Shown here in pieces: positions 25,339 to 37,700 of a stretch of 46,717 nucleotides of DNA; the stretch's first letter is position 1, and every line of letters starts with the position of its first letter. Origin of the DNA: a virus (lineage: Duplodnaviria; Heunggongvirae; Uroviricota; Caudoviricetes); IMG/VR virus record IMGVR_UViG_3300028591_000002, positions 1 to 46,717 of that record, one strand, 5' to 3'. Under the pieces are notes generated by a model. The model was not told where the DNA came from. It ran no database searches and was given only the letters and a program-made list of their open reading frames with translations. Position numbers and translations under genes: made by a program.

Positions 25339-26313
25339 ATGCAATCAGTTAAATGTTGTAATTTAGACGAACAATATAAAAGTGTTTGTTTTAAGGACTT
25401 AGAAGATTATTAGAAGAAATATGATTATATGGCTGGGTATTCTGAACTAGAATAGGAACAAATCAGAAAAAATTTAGGAATTATAGATCCTAGCTGTGTA
25501 GACCCTTATTTAAGTCCAACCTCAAAAAATCCAGTAGAGAATAATGTAATATTTGCAGCTTTACTTGGAAAAATAGATATTGATAAAGTTTCAAAAGTAA
25601 CTTTTACAGGAAATTATGAAGATTTATGTAGTAAGCCAATGTTTTTACCGAATCCTAATCCACTTACTATTAAAGGTAAAAATCATCTTGGAATAGATGA
25701 TCAGTTTATATATGATGGAAGTTATCCAGTTATGGTCAATCTTCCTACAAAAGTCTCCCAACTTGAAAATGATAAAGGATTTGTCAAACTTGCTGACGTA
25801 GATGAACAAATTCCAATAAAAACTATTTCTGTAAATCATGAAGTTATTACTCCAGATTATACAAAAAATGTAAATATTAATATTCCTACTTTAGCAAATA
25901 TGGGAGTTCTTATTGATGAATACCTATATAGAAATAGGAAAATGCAAACTGTTCAAGTAGATCAACTTTATAGTGCTGGAGTAGCAATAGCTAGAATACT
26001 TATAGACGGAGAAGAAACTAGAATATATGCTCCTACTACAAATAATCAAGGATACAATCCTTATACTGAATTATCTTGTGGAGTTAGACCTGCTTCGTAT
26101 AATAGTCCTTCACAATATGGTAACACTATATTTACAGCAGGAAATGGAGAAATTAATGGAGCTTCTAGTAATATATTTATGATTACTGATAATGGTGTAT
26201 ATGTAAAAGACCAAAATCCTGAAAGAAACGGAGAATATGTTAGTTTACAGGAGATTATCGATTTTATGAGGTAGATGTAGGCTTCTAATAGCCAAATTCC
26301 ACAAGATAATTGA
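25339..26313 (+). CDS. Head/tail fibre-like protein (324 aa)
   Basis: Fibre repeats E*EQIRKNLG, VDPYLSPTSKNPVENNVI, TGNYEDLCSKP, PTKVSQLENDKGFV; ends TGA. Confidence 0.75.
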
Positions 26314-26352
26314 TATTTTTGATTTTCAATTTTTATTTTTGAAAATTATAAA

Positions 26353-26360
26353 TATCTTTG
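26353..26360 (+). promoter_or_regulatory. Candidate Bacteroidota -7 promoter element (TAnnTTTG)
   Basis: TATCTTTG in the intergenic gap before the scaffold-like/MCP genes; no canonically spaced -33 TTTG. Confidence 0.4.
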
Positions 26361-26388
26361 TATAGAACCACAAAATATATATTGAATT

Positions 26389-27492
26389 ATGGGAAATGAA
26401 GTAATGGACATTGATTAGTTAAATTTTGACGAAGAAGATTATACTCAAGAAGAATAGACAGTTGAAGAGAATTCATTTGGAATTCCTGATAACTATTCTA
26501 AAGAATGGATGGAAGGAAATAATACTCAGACAACTGTTTAGGTGGAGGACCCTTCTTTAGAAGAAAAAGATGGCGAAATTTCTGAAGATATATTAACTTA
26601 TCTCTTAAAAGAGAAAGGAATTAAAGACCCTTCTCAGATTAAATTTGAAGGAGAAAACGGAGAAATTGAAACAAGAGATTGGAATGATTTATCTTTAGAA
26701 GAGTAGTATAATATACTTAATACTCCAAAAGATACTTCTGATACAGATTTAGATGACCAAGAAATCCAGCTAATTAATCAGCTTAGACTTAGAGGAATTA
26801 CTCCAGAACAATTCTATGAATTAGCCAAACAACAAGGAGTACAAGAATATACTGCGCAATTACAGGATGATACTCCTTATGTAGTTGACGACTTTACTGA
26901 TGAAGAATTATTCTTATATGATTTAAAGGCTAAGGCTGAAGATATGAGCGATGAAGAGTTATATAAAGCTTTAGAAGCTGCTATGACTAATGAAAGTGCT
27001 TTTAAGAAACAAACGGCTGGTTTAAGAGAAGAATATAAAAAATTAGAATAGGAAGATAAGGCACAGCAATAGATTTTTGAAGCACAACAAAGACAACAAG
27101 AATTTGTAGAATTTCAAAATCAAATATACGATAATATAGGAACTATTCAAGATATTGGTGGAGCTATAGAATTGGAAGATGAAGATAAGAATCTAATTGC
27201 TGAGTTTATTTTAGGTAAAGATAATGCAGGAATAAGTTATTTAGGTAAGGCACTTAATGATCCAGAAACATTAATTAAAATGAGTTGGTTTGCATTAAAA
27301 GGCGAAGAAGCGTTTGAAGATATTTAGAATTATTATGCAGAACAGATAAAATTGGCTAGACAAAATGGATATAAAGAAGGTTTAGCTGCGTAGGGGAATC
27401 CTCCTACTGTCAAAGTATAGAAACCATCTAGGGAGAAGAAAATAAGTGCTTTCTCTTCAAGTTCTTATGGTTCTATTGACGATTTAGATTAA
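26389..27492 (+). CDS. Highly acidic protein preceding MCP; scaffold-like (367 aa)
   Basis: Absent from the track; open with TAG=Gln; D/E-rich and helical; ends SIDDLD TAA; conserved position before MCP in Crassvirales. Confidence 0.8.
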
Positions 27493-27518
27493 TTAATAAA
27501 TAAAAATAGAGAGAAAAA

Positions 27519-28940
27519 ATGATTGTAGCGAATTTTGTAACAAATCGTCCTACTATGAGCGATACTAGGACGTATGAAGATTTTTATAAGTTCTTAGGAA
27601 CTAAACCTCACAAGTTAGGTGTTGTAAGTAGACTTTACCCAGAATTAACTGCAACTTATCTTACTGAATCTTTAAGAAATATTTTCTATCAAGACAGAAA
27701 GAGTGGAAATAGATATCAGTCAATTGATTCTATGTACTTTGAATGGGAAGTTGAAACAAATTATATTAAGAGAGTTGAATTTGCAGCTGTTCCTGAAGGA
27801 ACTGGTGCAGATGGTTCTGAAATTACTATGGCTTTCAAAGAAAGATATTATGAAAAATATGATATCTTTAAGATTGACAAAACTATGCAGCAATGTATGG
27901 TTGTAAGTAGACCAATTAGAAAGGCTGACAACTACTGGGAAGTACAAGTTAGACTTATTGATAATGACTATAGTTCAGTATTAGATACTTCAGGATGTCA
28001 AGTAGGTGATACTACTAGATTCCAATCTAATGCAATGCCTGAACTACACGAAGAAGGATATATCAAATATCAATCTAATATTGAAAGACATCGTAACTAT
28101 ATCACAACTCACCGTGTTGATGATAGTTATTCTGCTCTTTATGCAGCTCACGAAAATACATTCATTAGTATTGCAGAAGGTAAAGGACAAGGAGATTTAA
28201 CAGAAACTATCTATAAGATGGATAAGAAAGAGAAAGTTCTTCTTGATAACTTCCTCTATGTAAGAAACAATGGTTTACTTTTCAACAAATGTAATGTTGA
28301 TGTTAATGGAAAACCAACTATTGTTGATCCAGATACTAATAGACCTATCTATATTGGTGATGGTATTATTCCACAAGTAGAAAGATTTGCAAGTAAATAT
28401 GCATTTGCTAAACTTACTGTAGATGTATTTAATACTGTAATTTCTACTATGAATGAAAAAGCTAAGAATCCTACTGGAAACAAGTATATGTTCATTATGA
28501 ATGAAAGAATGTTCTATCTTGTAAATACAGTTCTCGGAGACTGGCTTGCTAAATTCAAAACTGATGGAACTTACTTATATAGTAAACAAGCTAATGGTTA
28601 TGTTAAAGTTGGTGCTACATTCCAGACTTATGAATTCATGGGTAACGAAATCACATTCAAAGTTGATAGAACATTCTCTAGAGAGTATGGTTTCGAAAAA
28701 GGTTATGCACTTTGCTTAGACTTAACTGCAGACAGCACTGGTAATGAACCTCCAATTCAAATGTTCACATTAAAAGGAGCTGACTTCATTACTAATAAAT
28801 TCCCAGGAGTTGGTGGACTTGATGGTATTAGCTCTGGTATTGTTTCTAGTCCAGTAGCTGGTTCTAAGTTAATCAACTGGGGTTATAGTGGTGTTGGTGT
28901 ATTCAACCCATATAGAAGTTTCATATTGAGAGAGATTTAA
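27519..28940 (+). CDS. Major capsid protein (473 aa)
   Basis: Crassvirales-type MCP sequence (FEWEV, IGDGIIPQ, GATFQTYEF) of expected size and position; followed by a hairpin; no TAG. Confidence 0.9.
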   Translation: MIVANFVTNRPTMSDTRTYEDFYKFLGTKPHKLGVVSRLYPELTATYLTESLRNIFYQDRKSGNRYQSIDSMYFEWEVETNYIKRVEFAAVPEGTGADGSEITMAFKERYYEKYDIFKIDKTMQQCMVVSRPIRKADNYWEVQVRLIDNDYSSVLDTSGCQVGDTTRFQSNAMPELHEEGYIKYQSNIERHRNYITTHRVDDSYSALYAAHENTFISIAEGKGQGDLTETIYKMDKKEKVLLDNFLYVRNNGLLFNKCNVDVNGKPTIVDPDTNRPIYIGDGIIPQVERFASKYAFAKLTVDVFNTVISTMNEKAKNPTGNKYMFIMNERMFYLVNTVLGDWLAKFKTDGTYLYSKQANGYVKVGATFQTYEFMGNEITFKVDRTFSREYGFEKGYALCLDLTADSTGNEPPIQMFTLKGADFITNKFPGVGGLDGISSGIVSSPVAGSKLINWGYSGVGVFNPYRSFILREI

Positions 28941-28959
28941 TAAATAAACTTAAGATTTG

Positions 28960-28990
28960 GGTATGGGAGTAATTTCCCATACCATATTTA
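28960..28990 (+). terminator. Hairpin/terminator after MCP
   Basis: GGTATGGGA-gtaatt-TCCCATACC 9-bp stem; weak U tract. Confidence 0.65.
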
Positions 28991-29018
28991 TAATATATAC
29001 GTTTTTTAATGAATTAAT

Positions 29019-29894
29019 ATGGATAATAGTAAAGGAAATTTTGCATAGGACATTATAGTTCTAAGAAGTGTTTATGGAAAGGTTGGAATTAAATATTATA
29101 TTCAACCTTGTAAAGATAAATTTGGTAATTACCCATCTTGTGTTAAACACGTAGATGTTAATGGTGATATGATTCTATCTGATGCCGAAAAAAATGATCC
29201 AGACAGAAATTATTTTTTAAAAGAAAATCAACCTATAATTATAGAAGACGGGTTTACTCTTAATCTTGAGAACACTAGGGATCGATTTATTTGGGAGGCA
29301 ATAAAGAACTGTCAATTGATAGCTCCAGATAGATATGCTAAAGATGAAAATGGAAATAATTTGATAGATGGTACAATGGACAAAAAATCTTTACATCCTC
29401 GTTATGGTATTGCAGAACTTTATGTTGATAAACCTGGGGTAGAAACTGCTAATAAGGTTACTAGAAAGAAATTAATACATAAGGCTTGTGAATACATATT
29501 TGGAGACGAAAGAGGTAGTGAAGGTAGATTATTAAAAGCAAGACTTCTTGGTAAAAATATGAAAAATATGCCAGATGCCGATGTTGAAGATTATTTACTA
29601 CAAATAGCAGAAAAATCACCTGAAAAAATTATCAATTTATATACAGGTTCAGACACTTCTCTGCGAATTTTATTTGCTGATGCAAGAGATAAGAAAGTAA
29701 TTTTAATAAAAAATAAACTTTATGTTTATGGTGACGATGTTGTTCTTGGAGCAACTGATGATGCCGTAATTACTTGGATGAAAGATCCAAAACATAAGAA
29801 AGTATTGGATTTAATTCGTAAAGACGTATATCCAGAAATGTATGCTACTGAAGAAGTAGATATCATTGAAGACACTAAAAAATCAAAGAAATGA
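29019..29894 (+). CDS. Conserved Crassvirales protein downstream of MCP (291 aa)
   Basis: Upstream ATG 29019 with a TAG at codon 10 extends track ORF 29169; ends TGA overlapping the next ATG. Confidence 0.75.
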
Positions 29895-30886
29895 CAGCAC
29901 GTCAAATTTATGAAGGGGTTTTAATTGAGTTAAATAAGAAAAATGCTCCAAGCCTACTTTTAGAAGATTTTAATTATTTCTTCAATAAAACTATATATCA
30001 CTATATAAATAAAAGGTATAATATTTATGATATCAATTAGTAGACTACTGATGATTTAGGAAGACTAAAAGGGGAAGCAGATTTAAAGCCAATTAAAGCT
30101 GATTCGACTAATAATGTAACTTCTAAAAATTTATATGGTGCTGTAGGCGAGTTTAATCTACCACTGGATTACTATCATTTATTAAACTGTATTTGCAATT
30201 TTAAAGTAAATAAAGACATTAAATGTTATAAGAAAGGAACTTATGTATAGTTTCCAGCAGAAAGGCTAACTTCAGATATGTGGCCTAGAATTATTACTAA
30301 TCTATATATGATGCCTTCTTATAAAAGACCATATTATTATATACATAACATAAATACAAATACAGAACTTCCAACCAACCCAAATACAGAAGATACATTA
30401 GAAAAATCTAATGGAACTGATATGGATGGATTTTATGGAATAACTACTAATGATGGAACAAGAATATATATTTCTGATAGAGTTGCTGTAAATGGAAGCG
30501 AAGGTTCAAATCTTCCTAGAAAAATGACTATACACGATAAGGAGATTAGTCTAATAGAAAAGCAAGCAGGCATTAGATATGGAAATCCAACTAATGTTAG
30601 GTTAGAAATACGATATGGAAAAGATTCATCTGTTTTTGAATTAGATAGTATCCATGTAGATTATTTAAAAACTCCTCAATATATACTCCTTACTTAGGAA
30701 TAGATAGACTTAAGTGAGGATACTTCACAGATTATGGAATTCCCAGATTATGTATGTTAGGAGATAATAGATGAGTTGGTAAAGGTTCTTATGGAAAATA
30801 TAAGTGACCCAAGAATACAAACATTTCCAGTTTTTAATTAGTCTATAGCTGACCCAACTCAGGCTATGTAGACGCAAAAAAAATAA
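29891..30886 (+). CDS. Tail ring/adaptor protein (331 aa)
   Basis: MTARQIYE...FNYFFNK...YDIN**TTDDL...DYLKTP...EFPDYVC*EI; call based on motif recall and synteny. Confidence 0.7.
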
Positions 30887-30895
30887 TTTTAAATT

Positions 30896-31861
30896 ATGTT
30901 TAAATTTAGTACAAATACTGTTGTAAACAACGGAGAAAATGTAACATTAGTTCCATCAAATGGTACTGCAGAAGCTATTAGAATTAATAGAAATACTTTA
31001 AAGTTAGCTAATATTGTAGGAATCTATAAGACTCCTCATGTAGATGATGTAAAATTTTAGGTTACAGTTGATTTAAGTAAATTATACGAAACTACTGGAG
31101 AAGGACAGAATGCAACTACTACACCTAAAGCTAAAGTTGGAAGAATTTATCTTTACATTAAACTTTCAGATTCTTAGAATTCTTATTATTCTAATGATTT
31201 TGTATTCAAAGGAAAACCTTTCTATATTGAATTTCCAATAAAAGCTACTGCTACTGGAAATAATGGCACTGCTGCTGAAGCTGTAAAAGTTGTAAAGAAG
31301 TATCTTAATATGGTTTACGAATATCCTTTAGTAGAAGTTGAAGCTAATGGAGCTAATTTAATTTTAAAAGGAACTGACGAATATCAAATAGTTTCCGAAT
31401 GTAAACTTCAATACTATGATGATACTGCTAAATCTTATGACTGCTGTGATGTTTTTGGTGATTATATTGATATAGAAGGTGCAGTTACTATAGACCAACA
31501 AGGCAATCCTGGATTTGGAACATATCGTTACATGATTAAGAATTTAAGACTTCCTACCGCTGCTAACACTCGTTGGAATAGAATAGTTACTGATGAAACT
31601 CCTATTTATGGAGCTAAATATAATCAATACATCATTAAGTATTGTACAAATAGAGGTATTATGGGTTCTGATGCTGTTGGAGAAGTAACTAAATCTCTTA
31701 CTAACCATGTATTCTATGTAGAAGATGGTTATGACACTGATGCTTTTGAAGACCTTATTAAAGGTTTAACTCCATCTCTATCTGATGATGCTGAAGTAAA
31801 AGTATTGGCAGATAAAACAGGAGGAGAAGCAGGACAAAAAGAGTGGAAGGATTTTGAATAA
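30896..31861 (+). CDS. Putative auxiliary capsid protein (321 aa)
   Basis: Joins track ORF 31310 through TAGs; beta-rich; followed by a strong terminator; assignment by synteny. Confidence 0.6.
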
Positions 31862-31877
31862 TAATAAACTAATACTT

Positions 31878-31916
31878 AAGGAGGCGAAGGCTTAGGCCTC
31901 CGCCTTTAATTTTTTT
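31878..31916 (+). terminator. Intrinsic terminator
   Basis: AGGCGAAGGC-ttag-GCCTCCGCCT GC-rich stem followed by TTAATTTTTTT. Confidence 0.8.
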
Positions 31917-31918
31917 AT

Positions 31919-32587
31919 ATGGTAATATCAAAATTAGCTTCTGCAATTTATAATGATATAGTAGGAGGTTTAAGAGGATATCATCATAATCCTTCTATAT
32001 CTTTAGAATAGTTAGAAGATGAAGTAGTAAATGAACGCTTATAGGTTATCAAAGAATATAATCTAAAAGGAATTGTTCCAAAAAAAGATTTATTAACTGC
32101 TATAAATTGCATCGAAGTTGATTGCAAAGATTTAGACAGATGTACTTGTTCAACTAAGTATACTGGAAAACCAGTAGCTCATTTTGAAGTTCCTCAAATA
32201 TTAGATGGACTAATTGATTATGTTGGAAGTACTGATAGACAAAATCCTTTTATTTTTTATACATCTTCGATGTTTAGTAAATATCATAAATATAGAAGAA
32301 GAGGGAAAAGTAGACCTTACGTCTATATTGATATGTCTCCGAATGAAAACGGAATGTATGATTGTTTTGTCTTTAATGCTCCTTTATTAAAACAAGTTTC
32401 AATAGTTGCTGTTTTTAAGGATTTAAGACAATTAGAATAGTATGCTTGTTGTTCAGATTTATAGGATGAAAATAAATCTTATATTGATAATGAAGTTCAA
32501 AGAAGATTAACTGAAAAAAAGATAAGATATTATAGGTAGTTAGCACCGCCTATTTTACCTAATGATCAACAATACTCTGCTGGATAA
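31919..32587 (+). CDS. Tail ring protein (222 aa)
   Basis: Absent from the track; open with TAG=Gln; SLE*LEDEVVNERL, CIEVDC, YVGS; synteny. Confidence 0.7.
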
Positions 32588-32589
32588 TT

Positions 32590-33279
32590 ATGTATGACTT
32601 TAATTATGCTATGTTTTTGGTAAATCAACTGTATGGAATGGACCCTGTTCCAGAAGATTTTGAGGAAGTTGGTTTAATAGCTTTTAACTCAATTGGAAAT
32701 AAAAGAACAAGAATTTATAAATGTGCTTTAGAAGTAAATTCTGAAAGATAGGTTGAATTACCAAGTAATTGCAGTAAAATACTTGCAATAACATATAATT
32801 TTGAAGATTGGAACCATGTTTCTAATAAATATCCAGAAGGAGATTTTTTCTCTTAGTTTGTAGAATCTTATATAGAAGGAAGAAAAGCTTTTACTTCCCC
32901 TTACTACATTCCAGGAAAATTTGTAAAGTATGAACAAGTAGGAAATACTCTTTATTTAGATTAGGAATATGGTGGTTTAATTTATATAATATATAAAGGT
33001 TAGATTTTAGATGATAATGGTTTACCAGAACTGACTGAAAAAGAAGCACAAGCAATAGCTACCTTTTATGCTTATTCTGAAAAATACAAAGAAGGTTTAA
33101 GAACTAATAATCCTAATATAATAAAATTAGCAGGAGATTTAGAAAATAAATGGAATAGATATTGTGATGCAGCTAGAGTTCCTGAAAGTGTTTCTGATAA
33201 TGAATTAGATTAGATTCTGGATGCTAAAACTAGTTGGAATAGAAAGATATATGGTAAAAGTTATAAACCATTGAGATAA
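32590..33279 (+). CDS. Tail tubular/ring protein (229 aa)
   Basis: Absent from the track; open with TAG=Gln; ELPSNC, YKG*ILDDNGLP, KWNRYCDAAR; synteny. Confidence 0.7.
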
Positions 33280-33722
33280 TGAATTATGCTGTAGGACACG
33301 CTTTTAATACTAATGATATCTTTTATAAATTAGATAAAAAGAAATTATCAAGTATAACAAGCAAATTAAGTCAAAAAATAACTGGGGATGCCCATAAAGA
33401 TGCTTTAATAGGAAAAATATTCAAGGAATCTATTAAAGTAGTTTTAAATGATATAATAGAGAATAATGTTACTTTTTAGCTTCCTTTAGGTAAGTCAGAT
33501 ATTCATGTTTTAAAAGTAGATGGAGAAGACTTCAAGAAAGCTAGAAGAAAAGGTAAATGGAAAGATGTAGATTTTTTAGCTTCTTTTTTTAGTGGTTACT
33601 AGCTTGTCTTAAATATGTATAATAAAGATGGGGGTGTTACCAGAACTAAATTAATATATGTAGATAAAGAATTAAAAAATAAACTTACTCAAAATACCAA
33701 TAACGGTAAACAATATTGTTAA
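33279..33722 (+). CDS. Basic protein, possibly IHF/HU-like (147 aa)
   Basis: IFKESIKVVLNDIIENNVTF*LP resembles the HU helix-to-strand region; Crassvirales carry IHF-like genes at this position. Confidence 0.55.
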
Positions 33723-33723
33723 T

Positions 33724-33972
33724 ATGTTGGAGAAATTAGTATATGGTTGGCCCTTAATAGCTTTATTAAGTTTTATATTAGCTGTACTTTTTACAAAAAG
33801 TTTAGTTTGTGGAATATTACTTAATATTTTTATAGGAGCTTTAATAGGAACTGGTCTTGGATATGCACAAGCATATTTAAAGAAAATATGTAAAGATGGA
33901 GAATTTAAAAAAATTAATATTATATTAAGTATTTTGTTTGGAATTATAGGAGGAATTTTCACATGGTTATAA
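33724..33972 (+). CDS. Small membrane protein (82 aa, about 3 TM)
   Basis: Three hydrophobic stretches; no TAG. Confidence 0.7.
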   Translation: MLEKLVYGWPLIALLSFILAVLFTKSLVCGILLNIFIGALIGTGLGYAQAYLKKICKDGEFKKINIILSILFGIIGGIFTWL

Positions 33973-34217
33973 ATAAAGACAAATGGTATCACTTTATTAT
34001 ATGTTTTTTAATAACTTTTATTTTTGCTATAATTTTTAATTTATTTATATCTGTACCTATTTCTATTATTTTAGGTATTATACTAAGTTTATTTATAGGA
34101 ATTGGAAAAGAAATTTATGATAAATATTCTCCAAACCACTATTTTGATTGGAAAGATATATTAGCTGACCTCTTAGGAAGTATTTTTGGAGGAATTATAT
34201 CAATAATAATCTTATAA
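33963..34217 (+). CDS. VanZ-like small membrane protein (84 aa)
   Basis: DKWYHF...GIGKEIYD...FDWKDILADLLG pattern typical of VanZ-like proteins. Confidence 0.7.
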   Translation: MVINKDKWYHFIICFLITFIFAIIFNLFISVPISIILGIILSLFIGIGKEIYDKYSPNHYFDWKDILADLLGSIFGGIISIIIL

Positions 34218-34219
34218 TT

Positions 34220-34795
34220 ATGCAATTAAAAACTATTTCAGATTATTATGACATCATATAGGAAAGATTTCCAGAAGTAAGTTTGAAAGATATTAAGTAT
34301 ATTTTAAATTACGGCTGGAAATCTTTATACTTATGCAATAGTTATGGTGGTGATACTTTAGTTTAGGACAATGGTTTATGGTTTTATATTGGACAATTAA
34401 CTAATAATTCTTTACATCATTTTAACTATTATGCAAATAAATTAGCGTTTAAAATTAGAACGTTATATAAAAGAAAGAAAATTCAATGGGATGGTAATTA
34501 TTATTTTGCATTATCTGATTCTTAGTATCAAGATTATTAGAACCAACAAAATAAAAGAGGAAGAAAAAGAAAAAATTTTGAATTTAGGAATATCCATATG
34601 TTCAAAATTTTAGATGAATGTAAAATAAGAAATCATGCCTACAAATATATATTTAAAATTCCTTATGGAATTGATTTAGGTTATAGATTAGTAAAAGATT
34701 ATTTAAAAACAGCAGATGCTGAATTAATTATTGAGAGAGAACCTCTTAAATTTGAAGATATATTAGTTTCTAATAATAATTTTGAAGCCTTATGA
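34220..34795 (+). CDS. Basic protein, second IHF-like candidate (191 aa)
   Basis: Joins track ORF 34598 through TAGs; YYDII*ERFPEVSLKDIKYIL; function by synteny only. Confidence 0.55.
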
Positions 34796-37700
34796 GTAAA
34801 CAAATCGCACAAAATGTTTTTACGAATGGGTTGTAGATGGATTTACATCCCCTAAGCAGTCAAAATACAGTACTTACTAATGCATTAAATGCGACCTTGA
34901 TTACTGTTGATGGGGATGAAATGATTCTTTAGAACGATTTAGGTAATTTAAAAATAAAAGATACTAAAGGAGATTATGTGAAATTAACTAAAGGGTTTAT
35001 ACCTATAGGAGTTAAATCTTTTAATGGTATAGCCTATATTGTTTCTTATAATCCCACTACAAAAGAGGGAGAAATTGGTACTTATCCTTCACCAAAATAT
35101 GTGGTAAATAGTGACAACATTTTAATTAGAGATTTTTCTGAATCTGATAAAAATATTTTAGTAGATTAGTATAGTCCTTTATACACCTTATATAAAGGTC
35201 CAGTAGAATATAATGGAGAAGTATACGATTTAGAACAAGAAAGTATTAGACGTGTATTGCATCCATTAAGAACTAAATTATTTAATTTTGATTTAGAACA
35301 TCCTGTAAATATTGAAGTACAAAAGTCTTATGACGGTTCTGTAAATCTAATTTTAAATGATGGATTAAATATTCCTAGACTTATTAATAGTAGATTTAGT
35401 GTTTTATAGGATAATAAAGTGGAAATACCACAAAGAAGAAGAAATACTGATAACATTTGTAAAGAAGATGCTTTTGATATTACTACTTCTCTCCATAAAA
35501 GAATTTCTTCATTTCCTGTGGTTAAATATAATGGAGTTCTTGACACTGGAGATTTACCAGTAGGAAATTATGTATTATATTTTAAATATTGTGATGAAGA
35601 TGAAAATGAAACTGATTTTATTGCGGAATCAGGTATAATTTCTATTTTTAAAGGAAAAGATTCGGACCCATTTTCTATTGATGGTGGGGAAAGAGATATG
35701 AATGCAAATAAATCTATAAATGTAACATTACAATTAATAGATAATTCATATTCTTATGTTAAAGTATATTATTCTAGAACTTCTGCAGCTGCAGATGAAA
35801 ATAGAGTAACTTCCGCTTATCAAATTTATAAGTCTTATCCTATAGAAGGAGATGAATGTAATATAATAATTACTGGAAATGAAGAAAAAACTCAAATTCC
35901 TTTAACTGATTTAAATCAACAATATACTATAATAAATAGTGCTAAAACTTAGGCTCAAGTAGACAATATGTTATTCTTAGGTAATGTAGAAGAATAGGAT
36001 ATTAACTATAAAAAATTAACAAACTTAAGTTTACATGTAATTCCTTATGTTGAAAAACAAGAATCAAAAAATAAAATTGGATATATTTCTTGTTAGAGCT
36101 ATACTGATACTTCTGGAATAAACCCAAGTGAAAAAAGACATATCTTTAAGGGAGAATATTATAATACAAAAAATATATATTATAATGTTGGATATTGGAA
36201 TGAAGAGTTTTATAGACTTGGAATAGTTTATATTTATAAAGATGGTTCTTTAAGTCCAGTTTTTAACATTTTAGGGTATGAATCTTCTGATTTAGTTAGA
36301 AAAAATGAAGTATATTAGAAATTTAATTTCAATGATGAAGCACTTAATATAGATTCTGATGGATATATAACCAATGGAATTACAGCTACTCTAACTGAAG
36401 AATTAAATATAACTAATTTAAACTCTAATGGAATTATCAAAATAAATGATAAAAATACAGAGTATAGAGAAAATAAAGATTGGTTATATAATATTGGAGT
36501 TTATGTACCAAATGATTTAGTTGACAAATTAAAAGAATTAAACATTCAGGGATTCTTTATAGTTAGGCAAAAAAGAATTCCAACAATTTTAGCTCAAGGT
36601 TATACATTACCTTGGGATAAAGAATCTAAAGTTCCTATTGTAGAATATATTGGAAAAAGTTTACCTTATGGAGATTCTCATACAAAATAGCCAATAGATT
36701 ATAATTGGAATTACTGGAATGATTATAGAAGTTACTTAAATAATTATAATGAAACTGCTCTATATAAAGAAAATGGAGAAAATAATTTTATTTGGCATAA
36801 AATGTATTTTGTAGAAAGTTTTATTTATTAGGTAGGAAAAGAGGGAGAAAATCTTAGAGACCCTGTAGAAAAAGAGCCTCCTTATCAAAGAGTATCTAAT
36901 AACTATATACCAAGACTACATAATATTCTCCCCTTATGTATAGACCATCCAATGTGTACTTCGGAACAAAATAGTCTTGAAGGGTATTCTACTATAAAGA
37001 GTAATGATTCAAACTCTAATTCAAATAATAATTATTATTTTACAGACACTAGAGTAGACCGTATCAATTATTACATATTACAAACTGTTCCAAAAATTTT
37101 AGAAGATAATTCTATAAAAACTCTTTATTCTTATGATGAGCTTTTTAATTTATTACTTACTTATTATGTACCAGAAAATGATAATGAAGATGAGAATACA
37201 AAAAGAACAAACATTGAAAATGCTATAAATAATGGAACAGTAATTACTATACATGCAGGTAATAGTAGTAATACAACTTTTACAATTAAAATAAAAAAAG
37301 ATATTTCTGGAACATTTTATATAGAAATAATTGAATCTAATGGAAATGAAAGTATTCCTTTTTCAGTAGAAAAAAGTGATAATGTAGATTCTTATTATGC
37401 GAATGCTGCATTATTTAGTAAAGGGGCTAACAGTCAAAGTGATACGAGGTCAGATGTATATGCTGTAGATGTACATTTTTAGAACTTATATAAATATTGT
37501 GATGAAAATCAATTAACAGCAATATGTCCAGAATTTGAAGTAAGACAACCTTTCTTTAATCAATTATTCACAGGAACATCTTTTATTGTTAAATATTCTC
37601 AGTATCAATAGGGAGTTTTAACTAGAAATCCTTTTAATGATAGATATTATTATCCAATATTTCCAGAAGGATATGAAAAAAATATATTAATAAATTCTGA

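Noticed and set aside
8250-26313. Diversity-generating retroelement or invertible shufflon in the fibre region
   Set aside because: No reverse transcriptase, recombinase, adenine-specific TR/VR pair or inverted gene fragments were seen; the repeats found are ordinary coding repeats.
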